Sequence record: OV754623
Strand: one strand, 5' to 3'
DNA: 64,000 nucleotides
From: Escherichia phage UGJNEcP1
Below the pieces are notes generated by a model. The model made no database searches and was not told the origin of the DNA. It worked only from the letters and a program-made list of their open reading frames with translations. Of this stretch, positions 1 to 10,310 are shown one piece after another (the stretch's first letter is position 1; each line of letters opens with the position of its first letter). Position numbers and translations under genes: made by a program.

Positions 1-1367
1 GTAGAATTCGACTTTTAGATTACAACCGTTTGTTACCATATGGACTTGTAGGACAAATAAAAAAGTTCTGTAACAATATGAGTTATTCTGTATGGATTGA
101 CCCTAAAATCTTTGAGACCGAAGACCTTACCAGGGAAGATTTTGACGCATGGCTTTCTAAACAAGAAATTTATTCCGGCAACGCCAAAATCGAACCACAT
201 TGGTATCAAAAAGATGCAGTATATGAAGGACTAGTTAATCGTCGTCGAATTTTAAACCTTCCAACATCAGCAGGTAAATCACTAATCCAAGCACTTTTAG
301 CTCGGTATTATCTAGAGAACTATGAAGGTAAAATTCTCATTATCGTCCCTACAACAGCATTGACAACCCAGATGGCTAATGATTTTGTTGATTATCGCTT
401 GTTTAGTCATTCGATGATTAAGAAAATTGGCGGTGGTGCTGATAAAGCGGACAAATCTAAAAACGACGCTCCAATTATTGTTGGCACATGGCAAACGGTA
501 GTTAAGCAGCCTAAAGAATGGTTCTCTCAGTTCGGTATGATGATGAACGATGAATGCCACTTAGCAACAGGCAAAAGTATTTCTTCAATCATCTCAGGAT
601 TAAATAATTGCATGTTTAAATTCGGTTTATCTGGCTCATTAAGAGACGGAAAAGCCAATGTAATGCAGTACGTAGGTATGTTCGGCGAAATCTTCCGTCC
701 TGTTAGCACGTCTAAATTAATGGAAGACGGACAGGTAACTGAGCTTAAGATTAATAGTATTTTCCTTCGTTATCCGGACGAATTCACCGTTAAATTAAAA
801 GGTAAAACATACCAAGAAGAAGTTAAAATTATTACCGGACTAAAACGTCGTACAAAGTGGATTGCTCAACTTTCGGTCAAATTGGCTAAGAAAGACGAGA
901 ACGCCTTTGTAATGTTTAAACACGTTACACATGGTAAAGAAATATTTGAAGCTATTAAAGAGCTTGGATACGAAAAAGTTTATTACGTATCAGGTGAAGT
1001 CGATACTGAAACACGTAACGCTCTTAAGGTCATGGCAGAAAATGGTAAAGGCATTATTATTGTCGCATCATATGGAGTATTCTCTACTGGTATTTCAGTC
1101 AAGAATCTTCATCATGTTATTTTTGCCCATGGTGTTAAATCAAAAATTATCGTACTTCAAACCGTAGGTCGCGTGCTTCGTAAGCATGGTTCTAAAGCTG
1201 TTGCTACAGTTTGGGATCTCATCGATGACGCAGGTGTAAAACCTAAATCATTAAATACTAAAAAGAAGTATACTCATCTTAATTACTTGTTAAAACACGG
1301 TATTGATCGTATCCAACGTTACGCTGATGAGAAATTTAACTATGTAATGAAAACAATTAATTTATAA
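1..1367 (+). CDS. uvsW: UvsW helicase (5' partial; frame opens at nt 3 and runs off the window start)
   Basis: ORF 30..1367 stays open in frame to the window edge. SF2 helicase motifs present (LPTSAGKS Walker A, DECH). Long near-identical stretches to T4 UvsW as recalled. Confidence 0.9.
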   Translation, partial: RIRLLDYNRLLPYGLVGQIKKFCNNMSYSVWIDPKIFETEDLTREDFDAWLSKQEIYSGNAKIEPHWYQKDAVYEGLVNRRRILNLPTSAGKSLIQALLARYYLENYEGKILIIVPTTALTTQMANDFVDYRLFSHSMIKKIGGGADKADKSKNDAPIIVGTWQTVVKQPKEWFSQFGMMMNDECHLATGKSISSIISGLNNCMFKFGLSGSLRDGKANVMQYVGMFGEIFRPVSTSKLMEDGQVTELKINSIFLRYPDEFTVKLKGKTYQEEVKIITGLKRRTKWIAQLSVKLAKKDENAFVMFKHVTHGKEIFEAIKELGYEKVYYVSGEVDTETRNALKVMAENGKGIIIVASYGVFSTGISVKNLHHVIFAHGVKSKIIVLQTVGRVLRKHGSKAVATVWDLIDDAGVKPKSLNTKKKYTHLNYLLKHGIDRIQRYADEKFNYVMKTINL

Positions 1368-1379
1368 GGGCTTCGGCCC
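1368..1379 (+). terminator. UUCG-tetraloop hairpin after uvsW (GGGC-UUCG-GCCC)
   Basis: Perfect 4-bp GC stem with UUCG loop right after the uvsW stop; no clear U-tract. Confidence 0.35.
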
Positions 1380-1392
1380 TTAGGAGATAAAA

Positions 1393-1626
1393 ATGGTACT
1401 TGAATTTAAACAATTTTTATACGAAGCATCTATTGACGAATTCATGGGTAAAATTGCTAGTTGTCATACCTTAGAAGGGCTTGAAGAATTGGAAGCTTAT
1501 TATAAGAAACGTATAAAAGAAACGGAATTAAAAGATACAGATGATATTTCTGTCAGGGATGCCTTAGCAGGTAAGCGTGCCGAACTTGAAGGCGACGATG
1601 ATGAGGATGAGGAAGAAGACTTCTAA
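1393..1626 (+). CDS. uvsW.1: UvsW.1, small acidic protein
   Basis: 77-aa ORF directly after uvsW with AGGAG SD; size, position and acidic C-terminus match T4 UvsW.1. Confidence 0.75.
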   Translation: MVLEFKQFLYEASIDEFMGKIASCHTLEGLEELEAYYKKRIKETELKDTDDISVRDALAGKRAELEGDDDEDEEEDF

Positions 1627-1683
1627 TTAAAAAAGGCCCGACCTTTTTGGAAGGGCCAAAAACCATAGGCAAAAAAGGTAACA

Positions 1684-1851
1684 CTATAGTAAAAGTTGGG
1701 TTTCGTTCAATTGCTCTTCTGAACTTTCTGAAACCGGCAATTGTTGGACATAATTATAACAAGGACCAGGATGTGCTGGACCTTTGTCTGTTTCAACAAC
1801 CAATGCAGAATCGATTGGAGTTTTACAGACAACACAAATCTTATCTGACAT
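1684..1851 (-). CDS. small Cys-containing protein (uvsY.-1 position), 55 aa
   Basis: Hand-translated minus ORF (MSDKICVVCKTP...) with GGAGG SD before the ATG; below the 60-aa ORF-track cutoff; fits the minus-strand uvsY cluster. Confidence 0.4.
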   Translation of the reverse strand: MSDKICVVCKTPIDSALVVETDKGPAHPGPCYNYVQQLPVSESSEEQLNETQLLL

Positions 1852-1883
1852 GATTGCCTCCTAAGTTGAAATTACATATCTAT

Positions 1884-2108
1884 TTATACCACTCGCATGC
1901 ACATATCGATACCCATATCTTTTGTATAAAAATACTCGTCGATATACCCAGCAAACTTCCCTTTAATATAAAGGACGTCTTCGCCACAAGGGTGGTCTGC
2001 TAGAATACGAATATCCTGGCGACGTAGACGATACTTTTCCATTAAGAATTTAATTTCAGTTTCAAATTCTTCATCATTATTAAAGGCATCTTCAATTGAA
2101 TAACGCAT
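1884..2108 (-). CDS. hypothetical protein (uvsY.-2 position)
   Basis: ORF track; start overlaps the uvsY stop by 1 nt (TAATG), typical T4 coupling. Confidence 0.5.
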   Translation of the reverse strand: MRYSIEDAFNNDEEFETEIKFLMEKYRLRRQDIRILADHPCGEDVLYIKGKFAGYIDEYFYTKDMGIDMCMRVV

Positions 2109-2521
2109 TATTGCCCCGCTTCAAATTCTCGCATGTCCTGGATATGTTTAAGTGCAAAACTACGAGACTTAACCGCGTCAAGTGCACCACTACAGAACTC
2201 AAGTAAAATTCCCCAGTATTGTAAAGTAGTCTCTATTTTAAGCACATCTTTATCAGCAGCCAGGACAGTTTTCATTTCAGATTTCTCGTATCGGTCCATA
2301 CTGAATTCATCACCGTCACCTCGTCCCGAGTAGTAGTCTAATCTTGCTTTTAGAGCAGTTTTCTTCTGAGTCTCTATACGCAACATTTCTTTACGAATAA
2401 ATGAGTGCTTACGTAGCCATTTGCTGTATAACTTAACATTATTCGCCGTCTCATATTGCAACTTTGACATATCAATAGCTAAGTCTGCGTCTAACTCTTC
2501 CTGTAAATCTTCCAGCTTCAT
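2108..2521 (-). CDS. uvsY: UvsY recombination mediator
   Basis: ORF 2108..2602 trimmed to internal Met 28 (MKLEDLQEEL...), giving 137 aa as in T4 UvsY; near-identical segments (KARLDYYSGRGDGDEFSMDRYEKSEMK). Confidence 0.9.
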   Translation of the reverse strand: MKLEDLQEELDADLAIDMSKLQYETANNVKLYSKWLRKHSFIRKEMLRIETQKKTALKARLDYYSGRGDGDEFSMDRYEKSEMKTVLAADKDVLKIETTLQYWGILLEFCSGALDAVKSRSFALKHIQDMREFEAGQ

Positions 2522-2601
2522 AATATTCTCTCTTTTAACTAATAATCTCCCGGCTGTATCGGAAGGACCTAAAACCATTATACATAGGTTGCCTTGAAGC
2601 A

Positions 2602-3000
2602 TTACACTCTATTGCTTGATGCTAATTGAAGTTTGATTTGTTCGATATCATCAGGGTTATCTACGACCGAAAATCTAATCTCTACTATAACTGTATAGTC
2701 ATCATATACTGGCGTTACACTTACAGAAAGTTTGTCGATGCGCGGCTCATAGTTACGGACGGCTGCCTGGATATTACGCTCAATCGTATCGGCTGTAAGT
2801 GGTGTCATGTTCTCGAAAAGTTCATCAACCAAATCGCATCCAAATTCTGGGTCGAAGGGGCGTGAGCCTTTTCTAGTTGTCACTATACCAAGAAGACTAT
2901 TTTTAATAGAACGAAGTCCTACAGAACGAGCAACGTCCTTGTTCCAATCCATACGCATTTCTGGGTCGATATCTGAATAAAGTTTATTGATATTAGACAT
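2602..3000 (-). CDS. 25: baseplate wedge protein gp25
   Basis: 132 aa, same length as T4 gp25; synteny uvsY-25-26. Confidence 0.85.
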   Translation of the reverse strand: MSNINKLYSDIDPEMRMDWNKDVARSVGLRSIKNSLLGIVTTRKGSRPFDPEFGCDLVDELFENMTPLTADTIERNIQAAVRNYEPRIDKLSVSVTPVYDDYTVIVEIRFSVVDNPDDIEQIKLQLASSNRV

Positions 3001-3626
3001 TATAGTAACTCAAAGAATTCTTTGAGGCCTCGTATTGTGTGAACATGTGACGCCCCACATTTGGGACATTTAATAGGGGTTGCCAGATAAATTGATGGCG
3101 ATACCAAAAGATTTTTAATATTGATCATGTCATCTTCTGTTATAAGGCCGTAAAGGTCGTTTATTTCAGCTTCAGTTAAATCTTCAACAGGGATGGACTC
3201 TCCATTGACAAAAACGGCCTCAATACATGAAGCAATCATTAATGCGATATTTTTATCGTCAAATAATTTAGGTTGGCGGAACTTAATTTTAATACCACTA
3301 AACGAATACCAGGGATCGGCCTGTTCATCTAATTGAGTGTGCAATAAATTCATATAGACTTGAAATGAATGCCCACAGGAACAATTCCAGGTGTGTTCTT
3401 GATTCACTTCACCTAACGAATGTGCCCACAGATTTACCAACAATAGCTCGGCTTCTTGTTTAGTCAAGTTTTTAGCATTAGAGCAATTAGTGATAATATT
3501 GTTCACTGCTGATTCAATAGTACCGGTAGCCCGCGCACCTATGAGTCCTAAATATTCTTTTAAAGTAAAGGCTCTACAATTCACTTCTTTATCGCCTAAA
3601 CGTACGGTAAACGTATATTTGTACAT
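3000..3626 (-). CDS. 26: baseplate hub subunit gp26
   Basis: 208 aa as T4 gp26; divergent from gene 51 across a shared late-promoter region. Confidence 0.8.
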   Translation of the reverse strand: MYKYTFTVRLGDKEVNCRAFTLKEYLGLIGARATGTIESAVNNIITNCSNAKNLTKQEAELLLVNLWAHSLGEVNQEHTWNCSCGHSFQVYMNLLHTQLDEQADPWYSFSGIKIKFRQPKLFDDKNIALMIASCIEAVFVNGESIPVEDLTEAEINDLYGLITEDDMINIKNLLVSPSIYLATPIKCPKCGASHVHTIRGLKEFFELL

Positions 3627-3644
3627 GTTAACTCCTTTATTGTT

Positions 3645-3656
3645 TATTTATAAATA
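3645..3656. promoter_or_regulatory. bidirectional late promoter (overlapping TATAAATA on both strands) for genes 26 and 51
   Basis: Palindromic TTATTTATAAATAA between the divergent starts at 3626 and 3674. Confidence 0.55.
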
Positions 3657-3673
3657 ATAGAAAAGGAGTAATT

Positions 3674-4426
3674 ATGGCTAATATAATTCGTTGTAAATTA
3701 CCGGATGGTGTTCATCGTTTCAAGCCGTTCACCGTAGCGGATTATAGAGACTTTTTACTAGTTAGAAATGATATCGAACATCGTTCGCCACAAGAACAAA
3801 AAGAAATAATTGCCGATCTGATTGATGATTATTTTGGCGAGTACCCTAAAACATGGCAACCATTTATATTCCTGCAAGTTTTTGCAGGCTCTATAGGCAA
3901 AACAAAAGTTCCCGTTATTTTCACTTGCCCTAAATGCTCTAAAGAAAAAACTGCACCATTTGAGATATATCAAAAAGAACTAGTCGAACCTGAACTTGAT
4001 GTTGCTGGTATAAAAATACGTTTTTCTTTCCCTGAAAAGTTTTATGACAACAAGGCATTAATGATAAGTGAAAACATAAAAGAAATATATTATAATGATG
4101 AATGGTACCCGTGGAATGATTTGACTGAAGAGAACCAAATCCAAGTAATAGAAGCAATAGACATTGACTCGCTCGAGAAGGTTATTGCTTCTATGAACCC
4201 TATTAATTTGACCCTTAGATTAGGTTGTTGTGAACGTCATGTTAAAACATATACTGATATCTTAGAGGTTTTTAAATTGTTAGTTAACCCTGATGAGATT
4301 TTTACATTCTATCAGATAAACCATTCACTAGTAAAGAGTCAATACACGTTGGATTCTATTATGCAAATGATTCCTGTTGAACGTGGTATTGCTTTAACAT
4401 TAGTAGAAAAGGACCATAAAAAATGA
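3674..4426 (+). CDS. 51: baseplate hub assembly catalyst gp51
   Basis: 250 aa; AGGAG SD; TATAAATA 18 nt upstream; synteny. Confidence 0.8.
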   Translation: MANIIRCKLPDGVHRFKPFTVADYRDFLLVRNDIEHRSPQEQKEIIADLIDDYFGEYPKTWQPFIFLQVFAGSIGKTKVPVIFTCPKCSKEKTAPFEIYQKELVEPELDVAGIKIRFSFPEKFYDNKALMISENIKEIYYNDEWYPWNDLTEENQIQVIEAIDIDSLEKVIASMNPINLTLRLGCCERHVKTYTDILEVFKLLVNPDEIFTFYQINHSLVKSQYTLDSIMQMIPVERGIALTLVEKDHKK

Positions 4427-5595
4427 CAGTATTCCAACGTCCAGGATATCCTAACTTAAGCGTTAAATTATACCAAGATTATTCGGCTTGGCAAGAAAAT
4501 AGATACGTTGAACTCGCAGCAACAATAACAACTTTAACCATGCGAGATTCGCTATATGGAAGAAATGAAGGGATTCTTCAATTTTATGACACTAAAAACA
4601 TCCACACTAAAATGGACGGTAGACAGATAGTTCAAATCTCTGTTTCAAATTCAAACACACCTCTCCAAGTTAGAACTCGAATTTATGGATGTAGACATTA
4701 TTCTGTGTCTGTGGACTCAAAAGGTGACAATATTATTGCAATTGAGCTTGGAACAATACATTCTATAGAGAACCTTAAATTTGGGCGACCATTCTTCCCA
4801 GACGCAGGAGAATCTATACGTGAAATGTTAGGTGTCATATATAAAGACCGTACATTAATTACTCCGCCAATAAACACTATTAATGCTTATGTTCCTGATA
4901 TTCCTTGGACAAGCACATTTGATGATTATTTGGCATATGTCAGAGAATTAGGACTTGCTACAGCGAGTGATAAGTTCGTATTCGTATGGCAAGATATTTT
5001 AGGCGTAAACATGATTGACTACGATACTCTTATTGGTCAGGAAGGCATTAAGATGATTGTAGGCGAGCCAAATACCGTAGGTCAGTATATTCAAGAGCTT
5101 GAGTATCCATTAGTATGGGATTTCACCTGGATGACTAAAGCTAACCAATTTACAAGAGACCCTATTAAAAACGCCACGATATTCGCCCATTCATTTTTAG
5201 ATACATCTATTCCGGTTATTGTTACAGGCGATGGTGATAATGCTATTGTTGTGTCAAGATCTGGTGGATATTCCGAAATGACCTATCGTAATGGATTTGA
5301 AGAAGCAAGTCGTCTTCAGACAATGGCTCAATATGACGGATATGCTAAATGCACTACTACAGGTAATTTTAACATAACGCCTGCTACTAAAATTATATTT
5401 GTTGACCAAAAGAACCAATTCAAATCCGAATTTTACGTAGATGAAGTTATTCATGAGTTATCAAATAACAACTCACAAACTCATCTGTACATGTTTACCA
5501 ACTCAATGGTGTTAGAACCTGTTAACCCAGTTAAGGTTAAAAATGAACTTAAATCTGATTCTACCTCTAAAGAAAATAATTCTACCACAGTCTAA
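4423..5595 (+). CDS. 27: baseplate hub subunit gp27
   Basis: 390 aa (T4 gp27 391 aa); synteny 51-27-28-29. Confidence 0.85.
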   Translation: MTVFQRPGYPNLSVKLYQDYSAWQENRYVELAATITTLTMRDSLYGRNEGILQFYDTKNIHTKMDGRQIVQISVSNSNTPLQVRTRIYGCRHYSVSVDSKGDNIIAIELGTIHSIENLKFGRPFFPDAGESIREMLGVIYKDRTLITPPINTINAYVPDIPWTSTFDDYLAYVRELGLATASDKFVFVWQDILGVNMIDYDTLIGQEGIKMIVGEPNTVGQYIQELEYPLVWDFTWMTKANQFTRDPIKNATIFAHSFLDTSIPVIVTGDGDNAIVVSRSGGYSEMTYRNGFEEASRLQTMAQYDGYAKCTTTGNFNITPATKIIFVDQKNQFKSEFYVDEVIHELSNNNSQTHLYMFTNSMVLEPVNPVKVKNELKSDSTSKENNSTTV

Positions 5596-6076
5596 TAAAA
5601 AGGTAATGATTCCTAAATTAGGGCTCAAACATTATAATCTTTTAAAGGACGTTAAAGGCCCTGATGAAAACATGAAAATCTTAGCTGATTCTATTTGTAA
5701 AAATATGAGTCCCGCAGATTTTGATTTTGCATGTCTACACATATTGGAATTTAATAACAAACTTAAGTCTGAAGTTGAAAAAGATGGATTCACTTATAAA
5801 CTAGATGACGTCTATGTATGCCAACGAACAGAATTCCAATTCCAAGGTAATACTTTTTATTTTAGACCCCCAGGCAAATTTGAACAATTCGCTACAATCA
5901 GTGAAATGCTATCAAATTGCTTAATAAAAGTTAATGACGAAGAGAAAGAAATTTCTTTCCTTGAGATGCCTGCTTTTGTAATCAAATGGGCAGAAGACCT
6001 TTCGACAACTATTGCTATTCCAGGCCCTAATGGTCCTATTAAGGGTATAGCAGAAATTATTGGATTGCTTGAATGA
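5543..6076 (+). CDS. 28: baseplate hub distal subunit gp28
   Basis: 177 aa as T4 gp28; overlaps the 3' end of gene 27. Confidence 0.75.
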   Translation: MNLNLILPLKKIILPQSNKKVMIPKLGLKHYNLLKDVKGPDENMKILADSICKNMSPADFDFACLHILEFNNKLKSEVEKDGFTYKLDDVYVCQRTEFQFQGNTFYFRPPGKFEQFATISEMLSNCLIKVNDEEKEISFLEMPAFVIKWAEDLSTTIAIPGPNGPIKGIAEIIGLLE

Positions 6077-7845
6077 AACCTGAAGAAATGAAATCCATGC
6101 GTAGAAATAAGGTCATTGCCGATAATAAACCACAAAAAGTAGCTGCTGATGCAGCTACCGATTCATTAGAAGCATTGAATAACATTTCATCAAAACTAGA
6201 CGATGTCCAAGCCGCGTCTGAACTCACATCACAAAGTGTAGAAGATAAAGGCAATGGAATTATTGAATCAATTGGAGACTTAAAGAATTCGACAGATAAT
6301 ACTGCTGAAGGCACAGAGCTTATCGCAGAAGTTATTGAAAAACAAACTGAAGTCACTAAAAGTATAAACGAAGTTTCTAGTGCAATAAGCTCTAAGTTAG
6401 ACCGATTAGCTACATTATTAGAGCAAAAATTACAAACATCTACCGCTATTCAAAATACAGGAGGCACCTCTCTTGAAGTAATTGAGAACGCAATACCTGT
6501 TAAAGTGGTTGAGAATGAAACTTCTGATGAGCTGTTTAAAGCATTACCTACACCTGAAAAGATTGATAATAAGCCAGACGAAGATTTCTTCCCGGCTCCG
6601 GTTCAAGAAAGTGCTAATTCTACTTCCGATTCTAAAGGCGGAATTAGCTTTAAATTGAGCGATAAAATTGCAATGCTCACCAAAACAGTTCAAACCGGGT
6701 TTAATAAATCAATATCAATTTCAGACAGAATTGCTGGAATGCTTTTCAAATACACTATAACGGCTGCTATTGAAGCAGCAAAAATGGCCGCACTTATTCT
6801 CGGTATTGTTATCGGTATTGATTTATTGATAGTCCATTTCAAATATTGGACAGACAAGTTCACTTCTGCCTGGGATTTATTTGATGAAAACTTTACTAAA
6901 TTCTCCGATGAAGCTCAAGAGTGGGGTAAATTCTTAAGTGATATATTCACTTCTATTGACTCGATAAAACAATTGTGGGAAGCTGGAGACTGGGGTGGTT
7001 TAACTGTTGCTATTGTCAAAGGTGTAGGAACAGCATTAATGAACTTAGGTGAACTAATTCAATTAGGAATGGCTAAACTCTCCGCGTCTATATTGCGTGC
7101 TATAGGTTTTGGTGATACCGCGGACGAAATAGAAGGACGTGCTTTGGAAGGATTCCAAGAAACTACCGGGAACAAATTAAAGAAAGAAGACCAAGAGAAA
7201 GTCGCTAAATATCAAATGAAGCGTGACGATGGGGAATTAGGAACCGTTTCTAAAGGTCTTGATATGTTACAACGCGGCAAAACATTCGTTACTAACTGGG
7301 TTCGTGGTAATGACAATAAAGAAGAGTTTAGTACAAGCGATGAGCGTGCTGCGGAATCAGCAAAATTAAAAGAGTTACCTGAAGAGGAGCGTAAAGAGGC
7401 GTATATAAAAGCTAATGAAACTCGTGCGGCACTGGTTAGATTTGAGGATTATATCGATAAAATCGATATGACTAATCCGGAAAATGCTAAAAACGTCGAG
7501 AAGTCTTATGCTGATTTAAGTAAACTTATTAAAGACCCTGAACTTAATAAAACTCCTGTTATTAAAAAGGAATTAGATGCTAGATTTGAAAAGCTAAATA
7601 ATAAAATGGCTGAAGCCAAAAAGGCTCAGACAACGGTTAAGCCTGAATCTTCGTCTAAATCTCCGGAAGCAAAACAAGTTCAGTCAATAGAGAAAGGACG
7701 TGCTTCTGAATCTAAACAACAGCAACCGGTAGCGGCGATTAGTAACACAAATAATGTCGTCAAAAAGAATACCGTAGTCCAGAATATGACCCCTGTAACA
7801 AGTACAACGGCTCCTGGAATTTTCCATGCCACCGGTGTTAATTAA
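6073..7845 (+). CDS. 29: baseplate hub subunit / tail length determinant gp29
   Basis: 590 aa as T4 gp29; coiled-coil-rich N-terminal half; synteny. Confidence 0.85.
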   Translation: MKPEEMKSMRRNKVIADNKPQKVAADAATDSLEALNNISSKLDDVQAASELTSQSVEDKGNGIIESIGDLKNSTDNTAEGTELIAEVIEKQTEVTKSINEVSSAISSKLDRLATLLEQKLQTSTAIQNTGGTSLEVIENAIPVKVVENETSDELFKALPTPEKIDNKPDEDFFPAPVQESANSTSDSKGGISFKLSDKIAMLTKTVQTGFNKSISISDRIAGMLFKYTITAAIEAAKMAALILGIVIGIDLLIVHFKYWTDKFTSAWDLFDENFTKFSDEAQEWGKFLSDIFTSIDSIKQLWEAGDWGGLTVAIVKGVGTALMNLGELIQLGMAKLSASILRAIGFGDTADEIEGRALEGFQETTGNKLKKEDQEKVAKYQMKRDDGELGTVSKGLDMLQRGKTFVTNWVRGNDNKEEFSTSDERAAESAKLKELPEEERKEAYIKANETRAALVRFEDYIDKIDMTNPENAKNVEKSYADLSKLIKDPELNKTPVIKKELDARFEKLNNKMAEAKKAQTTVKPESSSKSPEAKQVQSIEKGRASESKQQQPVAAISNTNNVVKKNTVVQNMTPVTSTTAPGIFHATGVN

Positions 7846-7853
7846 GGATTATT

Positions 7854-8963
7854 ATGATTAGTGTAAAAGAAATAGTAGTAGATGCAAAGGATTTAAATAA
7901 AGCAATCCCAGTCTCAGAAAGTGCCGGGCAAAGCACTAAAACCGAAACAACTACTAAAACTTATGTTGCTCAATTTCCTACAGGAAGAGCAGCCGGAAAT
8001 GACTCCACAGGAGACTTCCAGGTAACAGACCTTTATAAGAATGGATTATTATTTACCGCGTACAATATGTCTGCACGCGATTCAGGATCCCTCAGGAATT
8101 TACGTCCGGCGTATGCCGGGACTTCATCTAATGGTATCATATCAGATTTAACTGATAATGTAAAAGATGCAGTGACTAAATTCTCAAATGGATTGCTTCC
8201 TGCCGGAGCTAATAAGTCTACTATAAACAAAACTCCTGTTGCTAATATACTTTTGCCACGTTCCAAATCCGATGTTGATACAACTTCGCATCGTTTTAAT
8301 GATGTCGGTGATAGCCTTATTACTAAAGGTGGAGGTACTGCTACAGGTGTTTTAAGTAACATTGCTTCTACCGCAGTTTTTGGTGCATTAGATTCTATTA
8401 CTCAAGGGCTTATGGCCGATAATAACGAGCAGATTTATACGACTTCTCGTAGTATGTACGGCGGCGCTGAGAACCGTACTAAAGTCTTTACATGGGATTT
8501 AACTCCACGTTCAACTGAAGACCTTATGGCTATTATAAACATTTACCAATATTTTAACTATTTCTCATATGGTGAGACAGGTAAATCACAGTACGCCCAA
8601 GAGATTAAAAGTTATTTAGACGAATGGTACCGTTCAACGTTTATTGAGCCTATGACACCAGACGATGCAGTAAAAAATAAGACATTGTTTGAAAAGATTA
8701 CTGCGTCATTAACAAATGTATTAGTTGTAAGCAACCCTACAATTTGGATGGTTAAAAACTTTGGTTATACATCTAAATTTGACGGGTTAACTGACGTATT
8801 TGGCCCATGTCAAATTCAAAGCGTACGTTTTGATAAAACTCCAAATGGACAATTTAATGGTCTTGCTGTTGCTCCTAACTTACCATCAACATTTACGTTA
8901 GAGATAACAATGCGAGAAATTATTACATTAAACCGTTCTTCACTTTATGCGGGGACTTTCTAA
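7854..8963 (+). CDS. 48: baseplate tail-tube cap gp48
   Basis: 369 aa; synteny 29-48-54. Confidence 0.8.
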   Translation: MISVKEIVVDAKDLNKAIPVSESAGQSTKTETTTKTYVAQFPTGRAAGNDSTGDFQVTDLYKNGLLFTAYNMSARDSGSLRNLRPAYAGTSSNGIISDLTDNVKDAVTKFSNGLLPAGANKSTINKTPVANILLPRSKSDVDTTSHRFNDVGDSLITKGGGTATGVLSNIASTAVFGALDSITQGLMADNNEQIYTTSRSMYGGAENRTKVFTWDLTPRSTEDLMAIINIYQYFNYFSYGETGKSQYAQEIKSYLDEWYRSTFIEPMTPDDAVKNKTLFEKITASLTNVLVVSNPTIWMVKNFGYTSKFDGLTDVFGPCQIQSVRFDKTPNGQFNGLAVAPNLPSTFTLEITMREIITLNRSSLYAGTF

Positions 8964-9925
8964 TGTACTCTTTAGAAGAATTTAATAACCAAGCTATAAA
9001 TGCAGATTTCCAACGAAACAATATGTTTAGTTGTGTATTTGCTACTACACCATCAACCAAATCGTCTTCACTAATTTCGTCAATTGGTAGTTTTGCTTAT
9101 AATAACTTAGGGTTGGATTCAGATTGGCTAGGATTGTCTCAAGGTGATATCAATCAGGGCGTAACAACCCTGATTACAGCAGGAACACAGAAATTAATTC
9201 GAAAATCAGGTATAAGTAAATATCTGATTGGAGCAATGAGTCAACGTACGGTACAAAGCTTGTTAGGTGAGTTCACAGTAGGAGCTTATCTGATAGACTT
9301 CTTCAATATGGCATATAATAATACAGGTTTAATGATTTATTCTGTAAAAATGCCTGAGAACCGATTATCGTATGAAACGGATTTCAACTATAACTCCCCG
9401 AACATCCGAATTACCGGTCGTGAAATGGACCCGTTAGTAATAAGCTTTAGAATGGATTCTGAAGCATCTAACTTTAGAGCAATGCAAGACTGGGTAAACT
9501 CGGTCCAAGACCCTGTAACAGGTCTTCGCGCTTTACCACAAGACGTCGAAGCAGATATTCAGGTTAATTTACATGCACGAAATGGTTTACCACATACCGC
9601 TGTCATGTTCACTGGATGTATTCCTGTTAGTGTCTCTTCTCCTGAGTTAACGTATGATGGTGATAATCAGATAACAGTTTTTGATGTAACATTTGCTTAT
9701 CGCGTTATGCAATCAGGTGCTGTAAATAGACAGGCTGCTTTAGAATGGCTGGAATCAGGACTTATTAGTAGTGTTTCAGGAATGTTTGGAAATAATCAGA
9801 ATGATTCTGGACTAGGAAGTGCAGTATCAAGACTTTCTAGATTAGGTGGGACTGCTGGTGGTGTGTCTAATATAAACACATTGACAGGTGTTGTGAATTC
9901 TGCGTCAAGAGTTTTAGGACTATAA
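8963..9925 (+). CDS. 54: baseplate tail-tube initiator gp54
   Basis: 320 aa as T4 gp54; followed by a hairpin. Confidence 0.8.
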   Translation: MYSLEEFNNQAINADFQRNNMFSCVFATTPSTKSSSLISSIGSFAYNNLGLDSDWLGLSQGDINQGVTTLITAGTQKLIRKSGISKYLIGAMSQRTVQSLLGEFTVGAYLIDFFNMAYNNTGLMIYSVKMPENRLSYETDFNYNSPNIRITGREMDPLVISFRMDSEASNFRAMQDWVNSVQDPVTGLRALPQDVEADIQVNLHARNGLPHTAVMFTGCIPVSVSSPELTYDGDNQITVFDVTFAYRVMQSGAVNRQAALEWLESGLISSVSGMFGNNQNDSGLGSAVSRLSRLGGTAGGVSNINTLTGVVNSASRVLGL

Positions 9926-9931
9926 GAAAAA

Positions 9932-9948
9932 GGGAGACAACGTCTCCC
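9932..9948. terminator. hairpin GGGAGAC-AAC-GTCTCCC between genes 54 and alt.-1
   Basis: 7-bp stem; T-run follows on the minus strand, A-run precedes on plus. Confidence 0.5.
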
Positions 9949-9957
9949 TTTAGGGGT

Positions 9958-10251
9958 TTATTTACGGAATGAAAGGAATGCTGGTGCTCGGAATGGAGTA
10001 TCATCTTTAGAGTATTTAACTAATACGACCATTGGTACCTCTGTTTCTAAATGACCTGTCACTACACCGATAAAAATTTGATCAGTGTGCTCAGGGTCAC
10101 GAAAGTTTTTAAGAGGTTCCATAGCAATATGGAATGCACCTGGGAATACTCGATTCAATTCGTCAATCACAGCTTCGTTAAAAACATCATCTGCCGGGAT
10201 AACATCTTCAACTACCAGTTCTTGACCATTAAAGCGAAGCATAGATTTCAT
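9958..10251 (-). CDS. hypothetical protein (alt.-1 position)
   Basis: ORF 9958..10323 trimmed to Met 25, which has a GAGGAAA SD and sits just downstream of an early-type promoter. Confidence 0.45.
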   Translation of the reverse strand: MKSMLRFNGQELVVEDVIPADDVFNEAVIDELNRVFPGAFHIAMEPLKNFRDPEHTDQIFIGVVTGHLETEVPMVVLVKYSKDDTPFRAPAFLSFRK

Positions 10252-10280
10252 AACGTTTTCCTCATGTTGTTGATGGGATG

Positions 10281-10310
10281 ATAGTATCACACATCCATGT
10301 GTTTGTAAAC
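10281..10310 (-). promoter_or_regulatory. T4 early-type promoter (GTTTAC-N18-TACTAT)
   Basis: Read on the minus strand; overlaps the alt stop; spacer carries the palindrome ACACATCCATGTGT. Confidence 0.5.

Noticed and set aside
312-709. Minus-strand ORFs (312..560, 527..709) inside uvsW
   Set aside because: Antisense to a well-supported helicase gene, low-complexity translations, no SD or promoter context.
1647-1853. Plus-strand 68-aa ORF overlapping the small minus-strand ORF at 1684..1851
   Set aside because: TTG start, no SD; the minus-strand ORF has a GGAGG SD and fits the uvsY-cluster orientation.
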